Assembly: GCA_040767225.1 (NCBI GenBank)
Contig: JAXGOY010000006.1
Span: 1 to 50,082, forward strand
Source of the DNA: Candidatus Dojkabacteria bacterium
GTDB lineage: Bacteria; Patescibacteriota; Dojkabacteria; SC72
Length of the DNA: 50,082 nucleotides
Reading direction: 5' to 3'
The notes beneath the pieces were generated by a model. That model made no database searches. It was not told the DNA's origin and saw nothing but the letters and a program-made list of their open reading frames with translations. A program made the position numbers and the translations under genes. This document shows, piece after piece, positions 1 to 10,600 of this stretch. Each line of letters starts with the position of its first letter. Positions within the stretch are counted from its first letter, which is position 1.

Positions 1-366
1 GAAAATGGTATAAAGAAACCTAGGTTGGATATGTTGTGTGCAGTACTTTCAAGGAGAGGTAATGTATATTTAGGAGATAAGGATGTGTTTGTTAATGTTG
101 TAGGAGGTATTACTGTTTCTGATCCTGCTGTTGATTTAGCAGTTTGTGCTGCAATTAAATCTGTTGTAAAAGATGAGGTACTTGATAAAAAGTATATTTA
201 CTTTGGAGAGGTTGGTCTTACAGGAGAGATTCGGGGTACATGGGGGCTTGATAGTGTAATGGCAGAGGCTTCAAGGGTAGGATATAAGGGCATTTATGTT
301 GGTAATGCAAAGATAAAGAAGAGTAGCATAGAGATAAAGGTTGTTGAAAACATAAGAAAACTTTAG
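1..366 (+). CDS. radA: DNA repair protein RadA/Sms, C-terminal fragment (5' end outside the window)
   Basis: The frame is open from nt 1 (ENGIKKPRLDM...), so the Met at 25 is internal. ...VFVNVVGGITVSDPAVDLAVCAAIKS...GEVGLTGEIR... looks like the Lon-protease-like C-terminal domain of RadA. Confidence 0.8.
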   Translation, partial: ENGIKKPRLDMLCAVLSRRGNVYLGDKDVFVNVVGGITVSDPAVDLAVCAAIKSVVKDEVLDKKYIYFGEVGLTGEIRGTWGLDSVMAEASRVGYKGIYVGNAKIKKSSIEIKVVENIRKL

Positions 367-507
367 CTAAATACAAACATCATCCACAAAAATCGTAACA
401 CACACTTTTAGTTATCTGTATCGTAACATTTTAAGGATTAAGAAACGAGAAGTACTATTGCTAGGAAAGAATCTGTATATGTTTATATGTGGATACTTCT
501 TATGGGG

Positions 508-537
508 TTGACATATCATATACACTAGGGTTATAAT
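508..537 (+). promoter_or_regulatory. Sigma-70-type promoter (consensus -35/-10)
   Basis: TTGACA at 508-513, an 18-nt spacer, and TATAAT at 532-537, read directly from the sequence. Confidence 0.55.
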
Positions 538-544
538 ATGTTGT

Positions 545-847
545 TCATTTAACATAGTATGTGGATATCTTAACTTTCTCCCTTTGTCTGGGGTGCCACA
601 AACACATCTGGGCAAAAGGAAAAGGTTAAGATATTTATATATTTATGATAGAATATTAAGGGGAAGCATCTATATGCTCGTCGGTTTTATCCATAAACAA
701 TAGTTAATGGATAATACCGGGGTCGGTTGGGGCAGTACCGATCCCCTTTTCTTTTTATTTGACTTCTTGTATGTAATTCAATATACTAAAAAAGTATTGG
801 GTTATTTGCCCAAAGTTTTATTATTAATTTCCCTGTTTTATACATTT
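545..847 (+). promoter_or_regulatory. Candidate structured 5' leader or small RNA upstream of rho
   Basis: It lies downstream of the consensus promoter. A long imperfect hairpin pairs about 565-590 with about 609-634 (ATATCTTAAC...GTTAAGATAT at its base). A short hairpin AGCAT-cta(t)-ATGCT lies near 664-677. An intrinsic terminator follows at 719-760, before the likely rho start at 848. Confidence 0.35.
719..760 (+). terminator. Rho-independent terminator or attenuator hairpin
   Basis: GGGGTCGGT (719-727) pairs with ACCGATCCC (737-745) in a 9-bp stem that includes one G-U pair. The loop is 9 nt and is followed by TTTTCTTTTTATTT. Confidence 0.55.
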
Positions 848-2113
848 ATGGTAAACAAAACAAAAAGCATTAAAGAGTATGAGGAAATGACTCTTGCTCA
901 GCTTCGTGTTGAAGCAAAGAAGCTTGGTTTAGAAGATTTTATGGAGCTTCAAAAAAGAGAGCTTATATTTGAAATATTAAAAAAGATAACTGCAGATGAG
1001 GGATATATCTTTGTAGAAGGTATATTAGATGTACAGAAAGATGGGACTCATGGAATACTGAGAACAGATGGGCTACTTCCTAGTGATAATGATGTATATA
1101 TTTCTGGGTCACAGATAAAGAAATTTAGTCTAAGGACAGGAGATGTCGTAACAGGACCTGCAAGACTGCCAAAAGATAAAGAGAAGTATTTGAGTCTGCT
1201 TAGAGTTGATACTGTTTATGGAAGACCTGCACTTGAAGCTGCGAATAGACCTCAGTTTATGAAAATGACCCCTATATTCCCTAATAGACAGATAAAGTTG
1301 GAAACTTCACCTGAGATTATATCTACAAGAATTATTGATCTTCTTGCTCCAATCGGGTTTGGTCAGAGATCTATGGTTGTATCTCCTCCTAAGGCAGGAA
1401 AAACATGGCTTCTTAAAGATATTGCAAATGGTATTGCACAGAATAATCCTAAAGCAAAGTTAATGGTTGTTTTAGTTGGTGAAAGGCCTGAAGAGGTTAC
1501 TGATATGAAAAGATTTGTAAAAGGAGAGGTTTATGCTTCTAACTTTGATGAATTGCCAGAGCATAACTGCAGAGTAGCAGAAATGGCTCTTCAAAAGGCT
1601 ATGTGTATGGTTGAGTGGGGGGAGGATGTGATTATTCTGATGGATAGCATAACAAGGTTAGCAAGGGCATATAATATTACAATGCCGACCTCTGGTAAAA
1701 CACTTTCAGGTGGTTTTGATCCTGTTGCTCTATATCCTCCTAAGAGATTCTTTGGTGCTGCAAGAAATTTTGAAGAAGGTGGAAGTCTTACGATTATTGC
1801 TACTGCTTTAGTAGATACAGGTAGTAGAATGGATGATTTAGTATATGAAGAGTTTAAGGGTACAGGAAATATGGAGCTTCATTTGGATAGGACACTTGCT
1901 AATAGAAGAATATATCCTGCAATAGATGTAACAAAATCAGGAACGAGAAATGAGGAGCTTTTGCTTAGCAAAGATGTCTTAAATCAATCATGGAGAATTA
2001 GAAGAATGCTTGAGATTCTTGACCAAAATGAGAATCCTACAGAGGTTCTAATTAGTCAGCTTAAGAAGACAAAATCCAACGAGGAGTTCCTTGCAACATT
2101 GCATGAGGCATAA
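848..2113 (+). CDS. rho: Transcription termination factor Rho
   Basis: The N-terminal motif ...[30 protein letters not shown] is present. The Walker A motif is PPKAGKT, and RecA-type motifs and the [12 protein letters not shown] motif are also present. The start is moved from 707 to the Met at 848 because the 707-847 extension reads through the terminator hairpin and is not Rho-like. A start at 887 is also possible. Confidence 0.9.
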   Translation: MVNKTKSIKEYEEMTLAQLRVEAKKLGLEDFMELQKRELIFEILKKITADEGYIFVEGILDVQKDGTHGILRTDGLLPSDNDVYISGSQIKKFSLRTGDVVTGPARLPKDKEKYLSLLRVDTVYGRPALEAANRPQFMKMTPIFPNRQIKLETSPEIISTRIIDLLAPIGFGQRSMVVSPPKAGKTWLLKDIANGIAQNNPKAKLMVVLVGERPEEVTDMKRFVKGEVYASNFDELPEHNCRVAEMALQKAMCMVEWGEDVIILMDSITRLARAYNITMPTSGKTLSGGFDPVALYPPKRFFGAARNFEEGGSLTIIATALVDTGSRMDDLVYEEFKGTGNMELHLDRTLANRRIYPAIDVTKSGTRNEELLLSKDVLNQSWRIRRMLEILDQNENPTEVLISQLKKTKSNEEFLATLHEA

Positions 2114-2151
2114 TTTGATATAATATATCATTATTAGAGCCTTCTATATCT

Positions 2152-3510
2152 ATGGAAGTAAATAAACAGGAAAACAAAATTGGTGGATTGGGCTTTAGGG
2201 AGCTGGTATTAAGTTCCCTTGAAACGGACACAGAAAGTGCAGGAATACTCTTAGATAGTGATATTACCGATGATGGAGACTTAACTATTTTTCATAGATG
2301 GTTTAACTCTATTACAAAGAAATTTAATCCTCAAAAAAACTTTCTTGCTTTTATTATAGATTTTTTAGAATATCTATTTGCAAGATTAAGAGTGCTATGG
2401 GTTCTTATCTCTGTTTTCTTTGAAATAATTGGAGATAGTTTTGAGAGTCTTAAAGATGGTATTGTTAAAAAAATGTTTTGGGGAAGAGGTTCTTTTCTTA
2501 AATATGCAGTACAAATTGCTACTATAATAGTTGTAGTTATACTTAGCATATCATATGTATACAGGGCTCCTAGCATTATTAATGCAAATGAAGAAGAGCT
2601 AGACTATATATCTGTTGCTGAAGGGGATACCTTGGCAATGAATGCTACTCTTAATACTGCAATTCCTAAGGATAGGGAGAGAAGGGGTATAGAGGAGTAT
2701 ACTGTTATGAATGGAGATACTCTTAGTACAATTGCTGCTAAATATGAGGTTTCAGTACAGACAATAAAGTGGGCGAATAATTTAACATCTGATATGGTAA
2801 AACCAGGTCAGAAGCTTGAAATTCCTCTTACTGATGGAGTTTTAGTTACTGTTAAGAAAGGTGATACATTATCCTCTCTTGCTAAGAAGTATTCTGGAAA
2901 TGAGCAGGCTATTGCTGATTTTAATCTGTTAGACTATCCATTTATACTTTCAGAGGGTCAAAAACTTGTTATTCCCGAAGGAAAAATGCCTGCACCTCCT
3001 AAACCAGTGTATGCTGCTGCTCCAAAGACATATGTTTCAGGCTCTACAAGTTCTGTTAGGTCATATTCTGTTGGTGTAGCAGATCCATCAGTTGGGAGGT
3101 TTTTAGGATGGCCTGTTGCTGGGAAAAGTGCAAAGATAAGCCAGGGTTATAGGGGGAGTTTACATACAGGTATAGATATTGCTGATAAAAATTTGCCTAA
3201 TGTCTTAGCGGCTGCTAGTGGTACAGTTATCTTTGCTGGTTGTTCAAGTGTATGTCCTCCTTTGGGTTCAACATATGGAGGAAGGGAGTATGCTTGGTCT
3301 ATCCAGATAGATCATGGGAATGGATATACTACATGGTATGCACATTTAAAAAACATTTATGTCAGAAGTGGACAGACTGTAACGAAGGGACAGGCAATAG
3401 GGCAGATGGGTTCAACAGGAAGGTCTACTGGTCCTCACTTACACTTTGAGCTTAGGAAGGGTGTTAAATGGGGTACTCAGGTTAATCCTCGTTTGTACAC
3501 CACTTGGTAA
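2152..3510 (+). CDS. LysM-domain M23 family metallopeptidase (membrane anchored)
   Basis: There are two LysM repeats (YTVMNGDTLSTIAAKY..., VTVKKGDTLSSLAKKY...). The M23 motifs are HTGIDIA and GSTGRSTGPHLHFE. A hydrophobic segment lies near aa 115-135. Confidence 0.85.
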   Translation: MEVNKQENKIGGLGFRELVLSSLETDTESAGILLDSDITDDGDLTIFHRWFNSITKKFNPQKNFLAFIIDFLEYLFARLRVLWVLISVFFEIIGDSFESLKDGIVKKMFWGRGSFLKYAVQIATIIVVVILSISYVYRAPSIINANEEELDYISVAEGDTLAMNATLNTAIPKDRERRGIEEYTVMNGDTLSTIAAKYEVSVQTIKWANNLTSDMVKPGQKLEIPLTDGVLVTVKKGDTLSSLAKKYSGNEQAIADFNLLDYPFILSEGQKLVIPEGKMPAPPKPVYAAAPKTYVSGSTSSVRSYSVGVADPSVGRFLGWPVAGKSAKISQGYRGSLHTGIDIADKNLPNVLAAASGTVIFAGCSSVCPPLGSTYGGREYAWSIQIDHGNGYTTWYAHLKNIYVRSGQTVTKGQAIGQMGSTGRSTGPHLHFELRKGVKWGTQVNPRLYTTW

Positions 3511-3513
3511 TTT

Positions 3514-3586
3514 GGGCTCATAGTTCAGTTGGGAGAATATCGCATTCGCATTGCGAAGATCGCCGGTTCAACTCCGGCTGAGTCCA
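3514..3586 (+). tRNA. tRNA-Ala (anticodon CGC)
   Basis: Folded by hand into a cloverleaf. The acceptor stem is GGGCTCA/TGAGTCC with the Ala identity pair G3:U70. The anticodon stem is TCGCA/TGCGA with loop TTCGCAT. No CCA is encoded. Confidence 0.85.
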
Positions 3587-3602
3587 TGTATTTAAATATT
3601 TT

Positions 3603-3676
3603 GGGCCTGTAGCTCATCTGGCTAGAGCGTATCGCTGGCAGCGATAAGGTAAGGGGTTCAAGTCCCCTCAGGTCCA
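3603..3676 (+). tRNA. tRNA-Ala (anticodon GGC)
   Basis: The acceptor stem is GGGCCTG/CAGGTCC with G3:U70. The anticodon stem is TATCG/CGATA with loop CTGGCAG. The T-loop is GGTTCAAGTCC. No CCA is encoded. Confidence 0.85.
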
Positions 3677-3735
3677 CATTTTAATAATTGTGAAAATAGA
3701 ATATAATGAGGAAGTTAAATTAATATTTTTCATAT

Positions 3736-4971
3736 ATGCAAAAGAAAAATAATAAGATACTTCCTCTTTTAATTGTTATTTTGCTTCTTTCTGCTGTTTT
3801 AGTATTCCTAGTTATTAAATTAAATGGAGTTGATACTGGTGATACTAATGAACCAGATGAGGTAGAAACAATGTCTGGGGATTTTGATACTGATCTATTT
3901 AAAGCATCCTTTAGTGCTTCTAAGAATAAAAATGTAGTTGTTTCTCCTTTTAGTGTAAAGATGGCACTATCTATGGCAGCACAAGGAGCTAATGGGAAAA
4001 CTTTAGAAGAAATGAATAAAGTTATTGGTTTAGATGAGACATCTAATGAGTATTTTAGAAGATTAATAGAGGATGCAGCAAAAGATGGGGATATAACATT
4101 GAATATTGCAAATTCTGTATGGTTAAGACAAGGCTTGCAATTTAATCCAGCATATATGGACATTTTGGATAGCTATTATATGGCTCAAGCTTCTACATTA
4201 GATTTTGCTGAACCATCTTCAAAAGATACTATAAATAAGTGGGTTAGTGAAAAAACTAACGGTAAGATTGAAGAAATTGTAGATGAAATTAAGCCTTTAG
4301 ATATCGCATTTTTAATTAATGCAATATATTTTAATGCTAATTGGAGTACTCCATTTGAGCAAGGTCTTACAAGTAAAAAGGATTTTACACTTTTAGATGG
4401 TTCAAAAGTAAAAGCTGATTTAATGAGTAAAACAGCACATCTTTTGTATCAGGAAAACAATGAATTCCAAGCTGTAGAGCTCCCATATGGTGAAAATGAA
4501 AGATATGTGATGAGGGTATATCTTCCTAAAGAAGATGTAAAGTTTGACAAGTTTGTTAAGGGTATTGATAAAGAGAGTTTACAGCAGTGGGGTGGGGACT
4601 TCGGCTCAATGAAAGGTGTTCTAGAACTTCCTAAGTTTAAGACTGAATACTCAAATAGTATGAAGGACATATTAATCAGTATGGGTATTAAGGAGGCCTT
4701 TAACTCTAATAGTGCTGACTTCTCTAAGATGGTTACTGTTGAAGGACAAAATGTATATATTAGTGAGGTAATGCATAAGACATATATAGATGTAAATGAG
4801 AAAGGTACAGAAGCTGCAGCTGCTACATCTATTGAAATGTCAGCAACAAGTGCTCCTCAACCTGAAGAGATGTTCGAGATGATAGTTGACAGGCCTTTTG
4901 TATTTACAATTGATGATAAAGAGAGTGGAGAGACACTTTTCATTGGTGCTATAATTAATCCATTACAATAG
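3736..4971 (+). CDS. Serpin family protease inhibitor with N-terminal signal or membrane anchor
   Basis: Serpin motifs seen are SPFSVKMALSMAAQGANGKTLEEM, NAIYFNANW, the hinge EKGTEAAAATS and the C-terminal DRPFVFTI. The N-terminus ILPLLIVILLLSAVLVFLVI is hydrophobic. Confidence 0.85.
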   Translation: MQKKNNKILPLLIVILLLSAVLVFLVIKLNGVDTGDTNEPDEVETMSGDFDTDLFKASFSASKNKNVVVSPFSVKMALSMAAQGANGKTLEEMNKVIGLDETSNEYFRRLIEDAAKDGDITLNIANSVWLRQGLQFNPAYMDILDSYYMAQASTLDFAEPSSKDTINKWVSEKTNGKIEEIVDEIKPLDIAFLINAIYFNANWSTPFEQGLTSKKDFTLLDGSKVKADLMSKTAHLLYQENNEFQAVELPYGENERYVMRVYLPKEDVKFDKFVKGIDKESLQQWGGDFGSMKGVLELPKFKTEYSNSMKDILISMGIKEAFNSNSADFSKMVTVEGQNVYISEVMHKTYIDVNEKGTEAAAATSIEMSATSAPQPEEMFEMIVDRPFVFTIDDKESGETLFIGAIINPLQ

Positions 4972-5062
4972 TAGGTTTAATATATTTAAACAGTTGTGGT
5001 AATGTTTCACTCTTGTGTCAAACATTGTATTAATTATATATTTTAGAATATAATTAGTTATT

Positions 5063-7501
5063 ATGAAGAAAGAGTATAACCCAAAAGAATTTGAGAAAAA
5101 ATGGCAGGATAAATGGTTTGAAAGTGGTATATACGAAGCAAAAGATTTTGATAAAAGTAAGCCTAAGTATTATCTTTTAACTGAATTCCCATATCCATCT
5201 GGTCCTGGAATGCATATTGGGCATGCAAGAAACTATTCAATGATGGATGCAGTTGCAAGACTTAAAAGGATGAAGGGCTTTAATGTGATGTATCCAATAG
5301 GATGGGATGCATTTGGTCTTCCTACTGAAAACTATGCTATTAAAGTAAAAAGACCTCCACAGGAAATTACTAATGAGAATATTTCAAACTTTAAGAAACA
5401 GCTTAAAATGCTTGGTATATCATTTGATTGGAGCAGGGAGATAAACACTTCAGATCCGTCATATTATAAATGGACACAATGGATATTCTTAAAGCTTTTT
5501 GAAAAGGGACTTGCATACAAAAAGGAGATGCCTATTAACTGGTGTCCAAAATGCAAGATGGGTTGTGCAAATGAGGAGGTGATTAATTCTGTTCATGAGA
5601 GATGTGGCACAGTTGTTGAAAAAAGGAATTTAAATCAATGGGTGCTAAAGATTACAGAGTATGCAGATAGACTTGATAAAGATCTTGATTTAGTTGACTA
5701 TCCAGAGTCTGTTAAGGCTCTTCAAAGAAATTGGATAGGAAGAAAGAGCTGGTATGATATTAAATATAAGGTGGAGGGAAGTGATATTGTATTAACCGTA
5801 TCTACAACAAGACCTGATACTCAGTTTGGTTCTACATTTGTTGTTGTTGCTCCTGATAGTGAGGCATTAAAGCAGCTTATGTCTGTTATCCCTAAGGAAA
5901 AAATTGATGAGGTTAAGAAATATATTAATAGAAGTATGAGCAAAAGTGATGAGGAAAGAGAGAATAAAGATTCCGAAAAGAGTGGTGTGTTTACAGGACT
6001 TTACTGTGTAAATAGCATTACTAACAAAAGATTGCCAATATGGGTTGCAGACTTTGTATTGTCAACAGTTGGCAGTGGTGCAGTAGTTGGTGTTCCTGCT
6101 CATGATGAAAGAGACTTCCAGTTTGCTCAAAAGTATGGTCTTCCTGTTATTAGAGTTATTGAAGGAGAGAATGGCGATAGATCACCAATTGATACTTTGG
6201 ATAAGGTGTATACTGGTGAAGGAATTGTTTTTAATTCGGGCTTTTTAGATGGTCTTAGCACTCAAGAGGCTAGAGTGAAAGTAGGTGAGTTTATTAAAGA
6301 AAAAGAGATTGGAGATATGGTTGTAAGGTATCATCTTCATGATTGGATATTTTCTAGACAGCATTACTGGGGTGAACCAATTCCAATCATCCATTGTCCT
6401 AAATGCGGAATGGTTCCTGTTCCTGAAAGTGAACTTCCTGTTAAATTGCCTGAGGTAAAAAATTATGAGCCGACAGGTACAGGGCAGTCTCCTCTTGCAG
6501 TTATTCCTGAGTGGGTAAATGTTAAATGTCCAAAATGTGGAGGGGATGCAAAAAGAGAAACCGATACAATGCCTAATTGGGCAGGTTCAAGCTGGTACTA
6601 TCTGCGATATTGTGATCCAAAAAATGAAAAAGAGTTTGTGTCAAGGCAGCTTAGCGATTACTGGATGCCTGTGGATCATTACGAGGGTGGGCAAGAGCAT
6701 ATTACTTTGCATCTTCTTTATTCTAGATTCTGGCATAAGGTGCTGTATGACCTTGGGCTTGTTAGAGATATTGAACCTTACAAAGCAAGAAGTATCCATG
6801 GTGTAGTACTTGGAGAGGGTGGTAGCAAAATGTCAAAGTCTTTGGGCAATGTTGTTAATCCAGACACTCTTGTATCGGAGTATGGTGTAGATATTACTAA
6901 GGCATATCTTATGTTTATGGGTCCATATGAGGGAAATGTTCAGTGGAGTACAAGAACAATTCAAGGTGTTAGAAGGTTTGTTTCTAAGTATTATGTATTT
7001 TTAAATAGAGCATATGAGAGTAGGGTTGAAGAAAGCAGTAGGAGTGTAAAAGCAGCTGTTGAGAGATTGGTAGATAAAATTGAGAATGATATTTTAGATT
7101 TTAAGTTTAATACTGCAGTTGCTGCTCTTATGGAATTTTATAACTCATTTTCTAAAGAGAAATTTGATAACAAAGACCTAGAGAAATTAGTAATTGCTTG
7201 TGCACCAATACTTCCTCATATTTCAGAAGAAATATGGTGTAATACTATGGGGAAGAAATATTCAGTTCATACTCAGAAATGGCCAGAAATAGATAAGGAG
7301 CTTTTAGAAGATGAAAGAATAGAGATTCCTGTGCAGATAAATGGGAAGGTTAGGGGAAGGGTATCTGTATCAGAGAGTGATACACAGGAGCAGATAAGAG
7401 AAATAATCCTTTCTTCAAATACTCTAGGCCCTCTTTTATCAGGTAAACAAATTAAAAAATTTATTTATATTCCTCAAAGGATAGTAAGTATAGTTTTGTA
7501 A
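5063..7501 (+). CDS. leuS: Leucyl-tRNA synthetase
   Basis: Class I signatures HIGH (MHIGHARNY) and KMSKS are present, with the editing-domain motif TTRPDT and LeuS-type Zn-finger Cys pairs. Confidence 0.95.
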   Translation: MKKEYNPKEFEKKWQDKWFESGIYEAKDFDKSKPKYYLLTEFPYPSGPGMHIGHARNYSMMDAVARLKRMKGFNVMYPIGWDAFGLPTENYAIKVKRPPQEITNENISNFKKQLKMLGISFDWSREINTSDPSYYKWTQWIFLKLFEKGLAYKKEMPINWCPKCKMGCANEEVINSVHERCGTVVEKRNLNQWVLKITEYADRLDKDLDLVDYPESVKALQRNWIGRKSWYDIKYKVEGSDIVLTVSTTRPDTQFGSTFVVVAPDSEALKQLMSVIPKEKIDEVKKYINRSMSKSDEERENKDSEKSGVFTGLYCVNSITNKRLPIWVADFVLSTVGSGAVVGVPAHDERDFQFAQKYGLPVIRVIEGENGDRSPIDTLDKVYTGEGIVFNSGFLDGLSTQEARVKVGEFIKEKEIGDMVVRYHLHDWIFSRQHYWGEPIPIIHCPKCGMVPVPESELPVKLPEVKNYEPTGTGQSPLAVIPEWVNVKCPKCGGDAKRETDTMPNWAGSSWYYLRYCDPKNEKEFVSRQLSDYWMPVDHYEGGQEHITLHLLYSRFWHKVLYDLGLVRDIEPYKARSIHGVVLGEGGSKMSKSLGNVVNPDTLVSEYGVDITKAYLMFMGPYEGNVQWSTRTIQGVRRFVSKYYVFLNRAYESRVEESSRSVKAAVERLVDKIENDILDFKFNTAVAALMEFYNSFSKEKFDNKDLEKLVIACAPILPHISEEIWCNTMGKKYSVHTQKWPEIDKELLEDERIEIPVQINGKVRGRVSVSESDTQEQIREIILSSNTLGPLLSGKQIKKFIYIPQRIVSIVL

Positions 7502-7525
7502 GGGGTAAATATAGTCAAAAGTCAT

Positions 7526-7554
7526 TTGACAGGTGTATACATTTCTACTATTAT
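7526..7554 (+). promoter_or_regulatory. Candidate promoter of the giant-protein operon
   Basis: TTGACA at 7526-7531, a 17-nt spacer, and TATTAT at 7549-7554. Confidence 0.45.
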
Positions 7555-7619
7555 TATACTACAGATTTTAAGTACTTAAAAATATTGTTAATCCAAGATA
7601 AAAGTACTATCTGTTAGGT

Positions 7620-10600
7620 ATGAAAAAAATAAACTGCCCAAATTTAGCAAAAAACTTGTTCATTTTGCTGATTTTATCCTTAGTTTTTGCTGTATTTTTT
7701 AGAGGTTCTTTGTATGCCCTTTCGTCTGATAAAATTAACTTACAGGGTAAGATAGTAAGAAATGATACAGGCCATGAGGGTATGAATGTAATACCAGGTT
7801 CTCCTGCATGTGTTATTAATGGAGCAGGCAATGATACATGTGATTTTAGAGTATCTTACTATACGGCAATAACTGGTGGTACGCTTCTTTTGACAGAGGA
7901 TTTTGTTAATGTTGAGATTGGTCAGTTTGATGGTGTTTTTGAGCTTTCTTTGGGAAGCGGGACTATTACAACAACAGCGCAGTGCAGAGATGGTGCATGT
8001 AATTCTCCTTCCGAAGTTATATCTGAGTATGGTGATGTTTACATTGAGTTAAAATTTGCTCCTGATGGTATTAATCTTACAGAAACTTTTACAAGGATGC
8101 CTCTTGAGGCATCTCCATATGCAATATTTTCAAAGTTTGCAGAAGGGGCACATGATGCATTTAAGCTAAGTACTTCAATTAGTAATGGTTCATTGGAGAA
8201 TCCTTCTGCAGGTATGATTTATTTTGATACAGGTTCTTCTCAGCTTAAGGTTTACAATGGTGCAGAGTGGCAGGCATTGAGTGCGGGTAGTGCTTCATGT
8301 CTTTGGACTGATGCTGGTACATATTCATATTTAACTTCCACTACAGATGATCTTGTTCTTGGGGGGAGTACTGTTAATACTGGGAGATTTGTTTTTGATA
8401 TGGATGCAGGTAGCGGCAGTTATTTTGATGTGTTTAATGATGATCATTCAAATAAACTGTTTACTATTTTAGGCAGTGGAAATGTTGGTATTGGGACAGC
8501 AACTCCAGGAGCTAAATTGGAGGTAGGTGGTAGTGCTTCTACAATAACTAATTCAACAGGGAATTTAACAATATCTACGGGAGGAGGCAATGGGAATATA
8601 TTACTTATGCCTAATGGAACAGGTAATGTTGGTATCGGTACCACTAACCCTGATAGTCGTATGGAAATTGTTGCCCCTGCATATGATGGTACTGGACCCT
8701 CATCATTTGAAATTCAAAACTGGCTAAGACTAGTGCAATCGCCAGCCTCTGGACCAAGACCAATACTACAGGTTTATGGTTCATCTACATGGGGTAATGT
8801 TGTTCAATTTGGTAGTTCAATTACCGACTTCATGAGTTTATTAAGATTAAGAGATGAAAATGAAGGTTTGATTTTTGGATCAAACGCTGCTGGTTATGTT
8901 CATAGGCTTAGTACTTCTGGTCAAATTCTTAGCTTAAAGGCAGATAGAGTCAACTATGCCCCAACTTGGCCTATCTCCGTATTTAACATCAATACAGATC
9001 AACAGAATCCAGTTAATAGATTATTTGAAATTAATTTTCCACTTATTGTAAAAACTGCCGAAACAAGCGTCGCATCTTTTCGAGTTAGAGCAATTAATAG
9101 CCAAACTTCAGATCTGTTTCAGTGGCAAGATAACAACAGTAACTCTCTCGGTGTTATCAATATACAGGGTAATGTAGGTATAGGAACAACCTCTCCTACT
9201 CATAAACTAGAATTAGCTACTCATACAACTGCTGCTGGTGGTATAGGTTTTGGAACAGATGTAGAGCTATATCGTTCTGGTGCTAATATTCTTTCTTTAG
9301 CATCAGGTGATAATCTTAATTTAGTGTCTGGTAATGTACAGATAGGGAGTACAACGATATTAACTTCAGGTAGGTTAGTACAAGCAGCTAATGGATCAGC
9401 TTCTTCTCCTGCTTTTAGTTTTTCTGCTGATACAAATACAGGAATGTATGGGACAGGTTCTGATGTTTTAAGATTAGTAACAGCAGGAGCTGATAGAGTA
9501 ACTATAGATGCAAATGGTAATGTAGGTATAGGGACAACATCTCCATTTGCAGGTTTCCATGTTAACGGTATTCCTACATCTCCTAGGAAAATTGGTGCTA
9601 TTATTGGTGAAAGTTACCAAGTTAATGGAGTTGACTTTGCAGTATTGGGAAGTAATCAGGAAGCTGGACTGATTGTTTCTACTAGAAATAGCACTGTAAT
9701 TAATTTGGGTCCTAATTTATTAGGGACATATGGTAGAGTGGGGATTGCAAGTATCGCGGGAGGGCAAAGTGGAAGTGATAGAACAACAGCCGTTGCTGGT
9801 TTAGCTTTTAATACAGGTGGTGGAAATAGTACAGGGGGAATTATTGGTGGGTATTTCCTTTCTTCTACTAGCTCCACATCTGCTTTTACTGGTACAGAAT
9901 ACTTATATGGTGTACAAACCTCTGCTGATAGCAGGGCTGGAATACAAACTGTTTCATCTATTGTATATGGGATTTATAGTACAGCTTATGGAGCTGCTGA
10001 AAGAGGAGATACTACCTATGCAGGTTTTTTTAATGCTACAGGTGGATTAACAAATTATGGGATTTACTCAGCAGGAGGAAATAATTACTTTAATGGTAAT
10101 GTAGGGATAGGAACAACTTCTCCATCTAGTAAATTAGTAGTTAATACAGGAGGATATTCAACAATAAAATTACAATATAATGGGACACCTGTTGTAGATA
10201 TATTTAGTAATGTATCTTCTAACATATTTATTGGTCTTGATTCAGGATCTGCAATAACCTCTGGAACAGGAAATGTAGCATTAGGTGATAATGCATTATC
10301 TGCTACTACTATTGGAACAAGTAATACGGCAGTAGGGTATTTTGCATTAGATTCTAATGTTGCAAAGCAGGGAAGTACTGCAATAGGGTATCAGGCAATG
10401 GCGTATGCAGATAATACTACTACACAGGGACTCTCATATAATACTGCAGTAGGTTATCAGGCATTAGTAGGTAGTGCTACACCTTCCTCCAATACAGGAA
10501 TGTACAATACGGCAATAGGTCATCAGTCAATGACTACAAACACAACTGGATCATATAACTCTGCTCTTGGTGTTAATACTTTAATTAATAATACTATTGG

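Noticed and set aside
412-615. A 67-aa minus-strand ORF in the radA-rho intergenic region.
   Set aside because: It overlaps a consensus plus-strand promoter and a hairpin. It has no ribosome-binding site or recognisable motifs, and its composition looks like intergenic sequence.
545-765. Assigning the rho-upstream RNA to SRP RNA, 6S RNA, tmRNA or RNase P RNA.
   Set aside because: I could not find the conserved SRP domain IV loop motifs, a tRNA-like end or tag ORF of tmRNA, or the RNase P GGAAAGUCCGG core. It is left as an unassigned leader or sRNA.
707-847. The N-terminal extension of the rho ORF (MDNTGVGWGSTDPLFFLFDF...) as listed in the ORF track.
   Set aside because: It reads straight through a terminator hairpin and T-tract. 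It is hydrophobic junk unlike any Rho N-terminus. The Rho-like sequence begins at the Met at 848.
4972-5062. A hairpin AATGTTT...AAACATT after the serpin gene as a terminator.
   Set aside because: The stem is AT-rich with a 12-nt loop and no clear T-tract, which is too weak to call.
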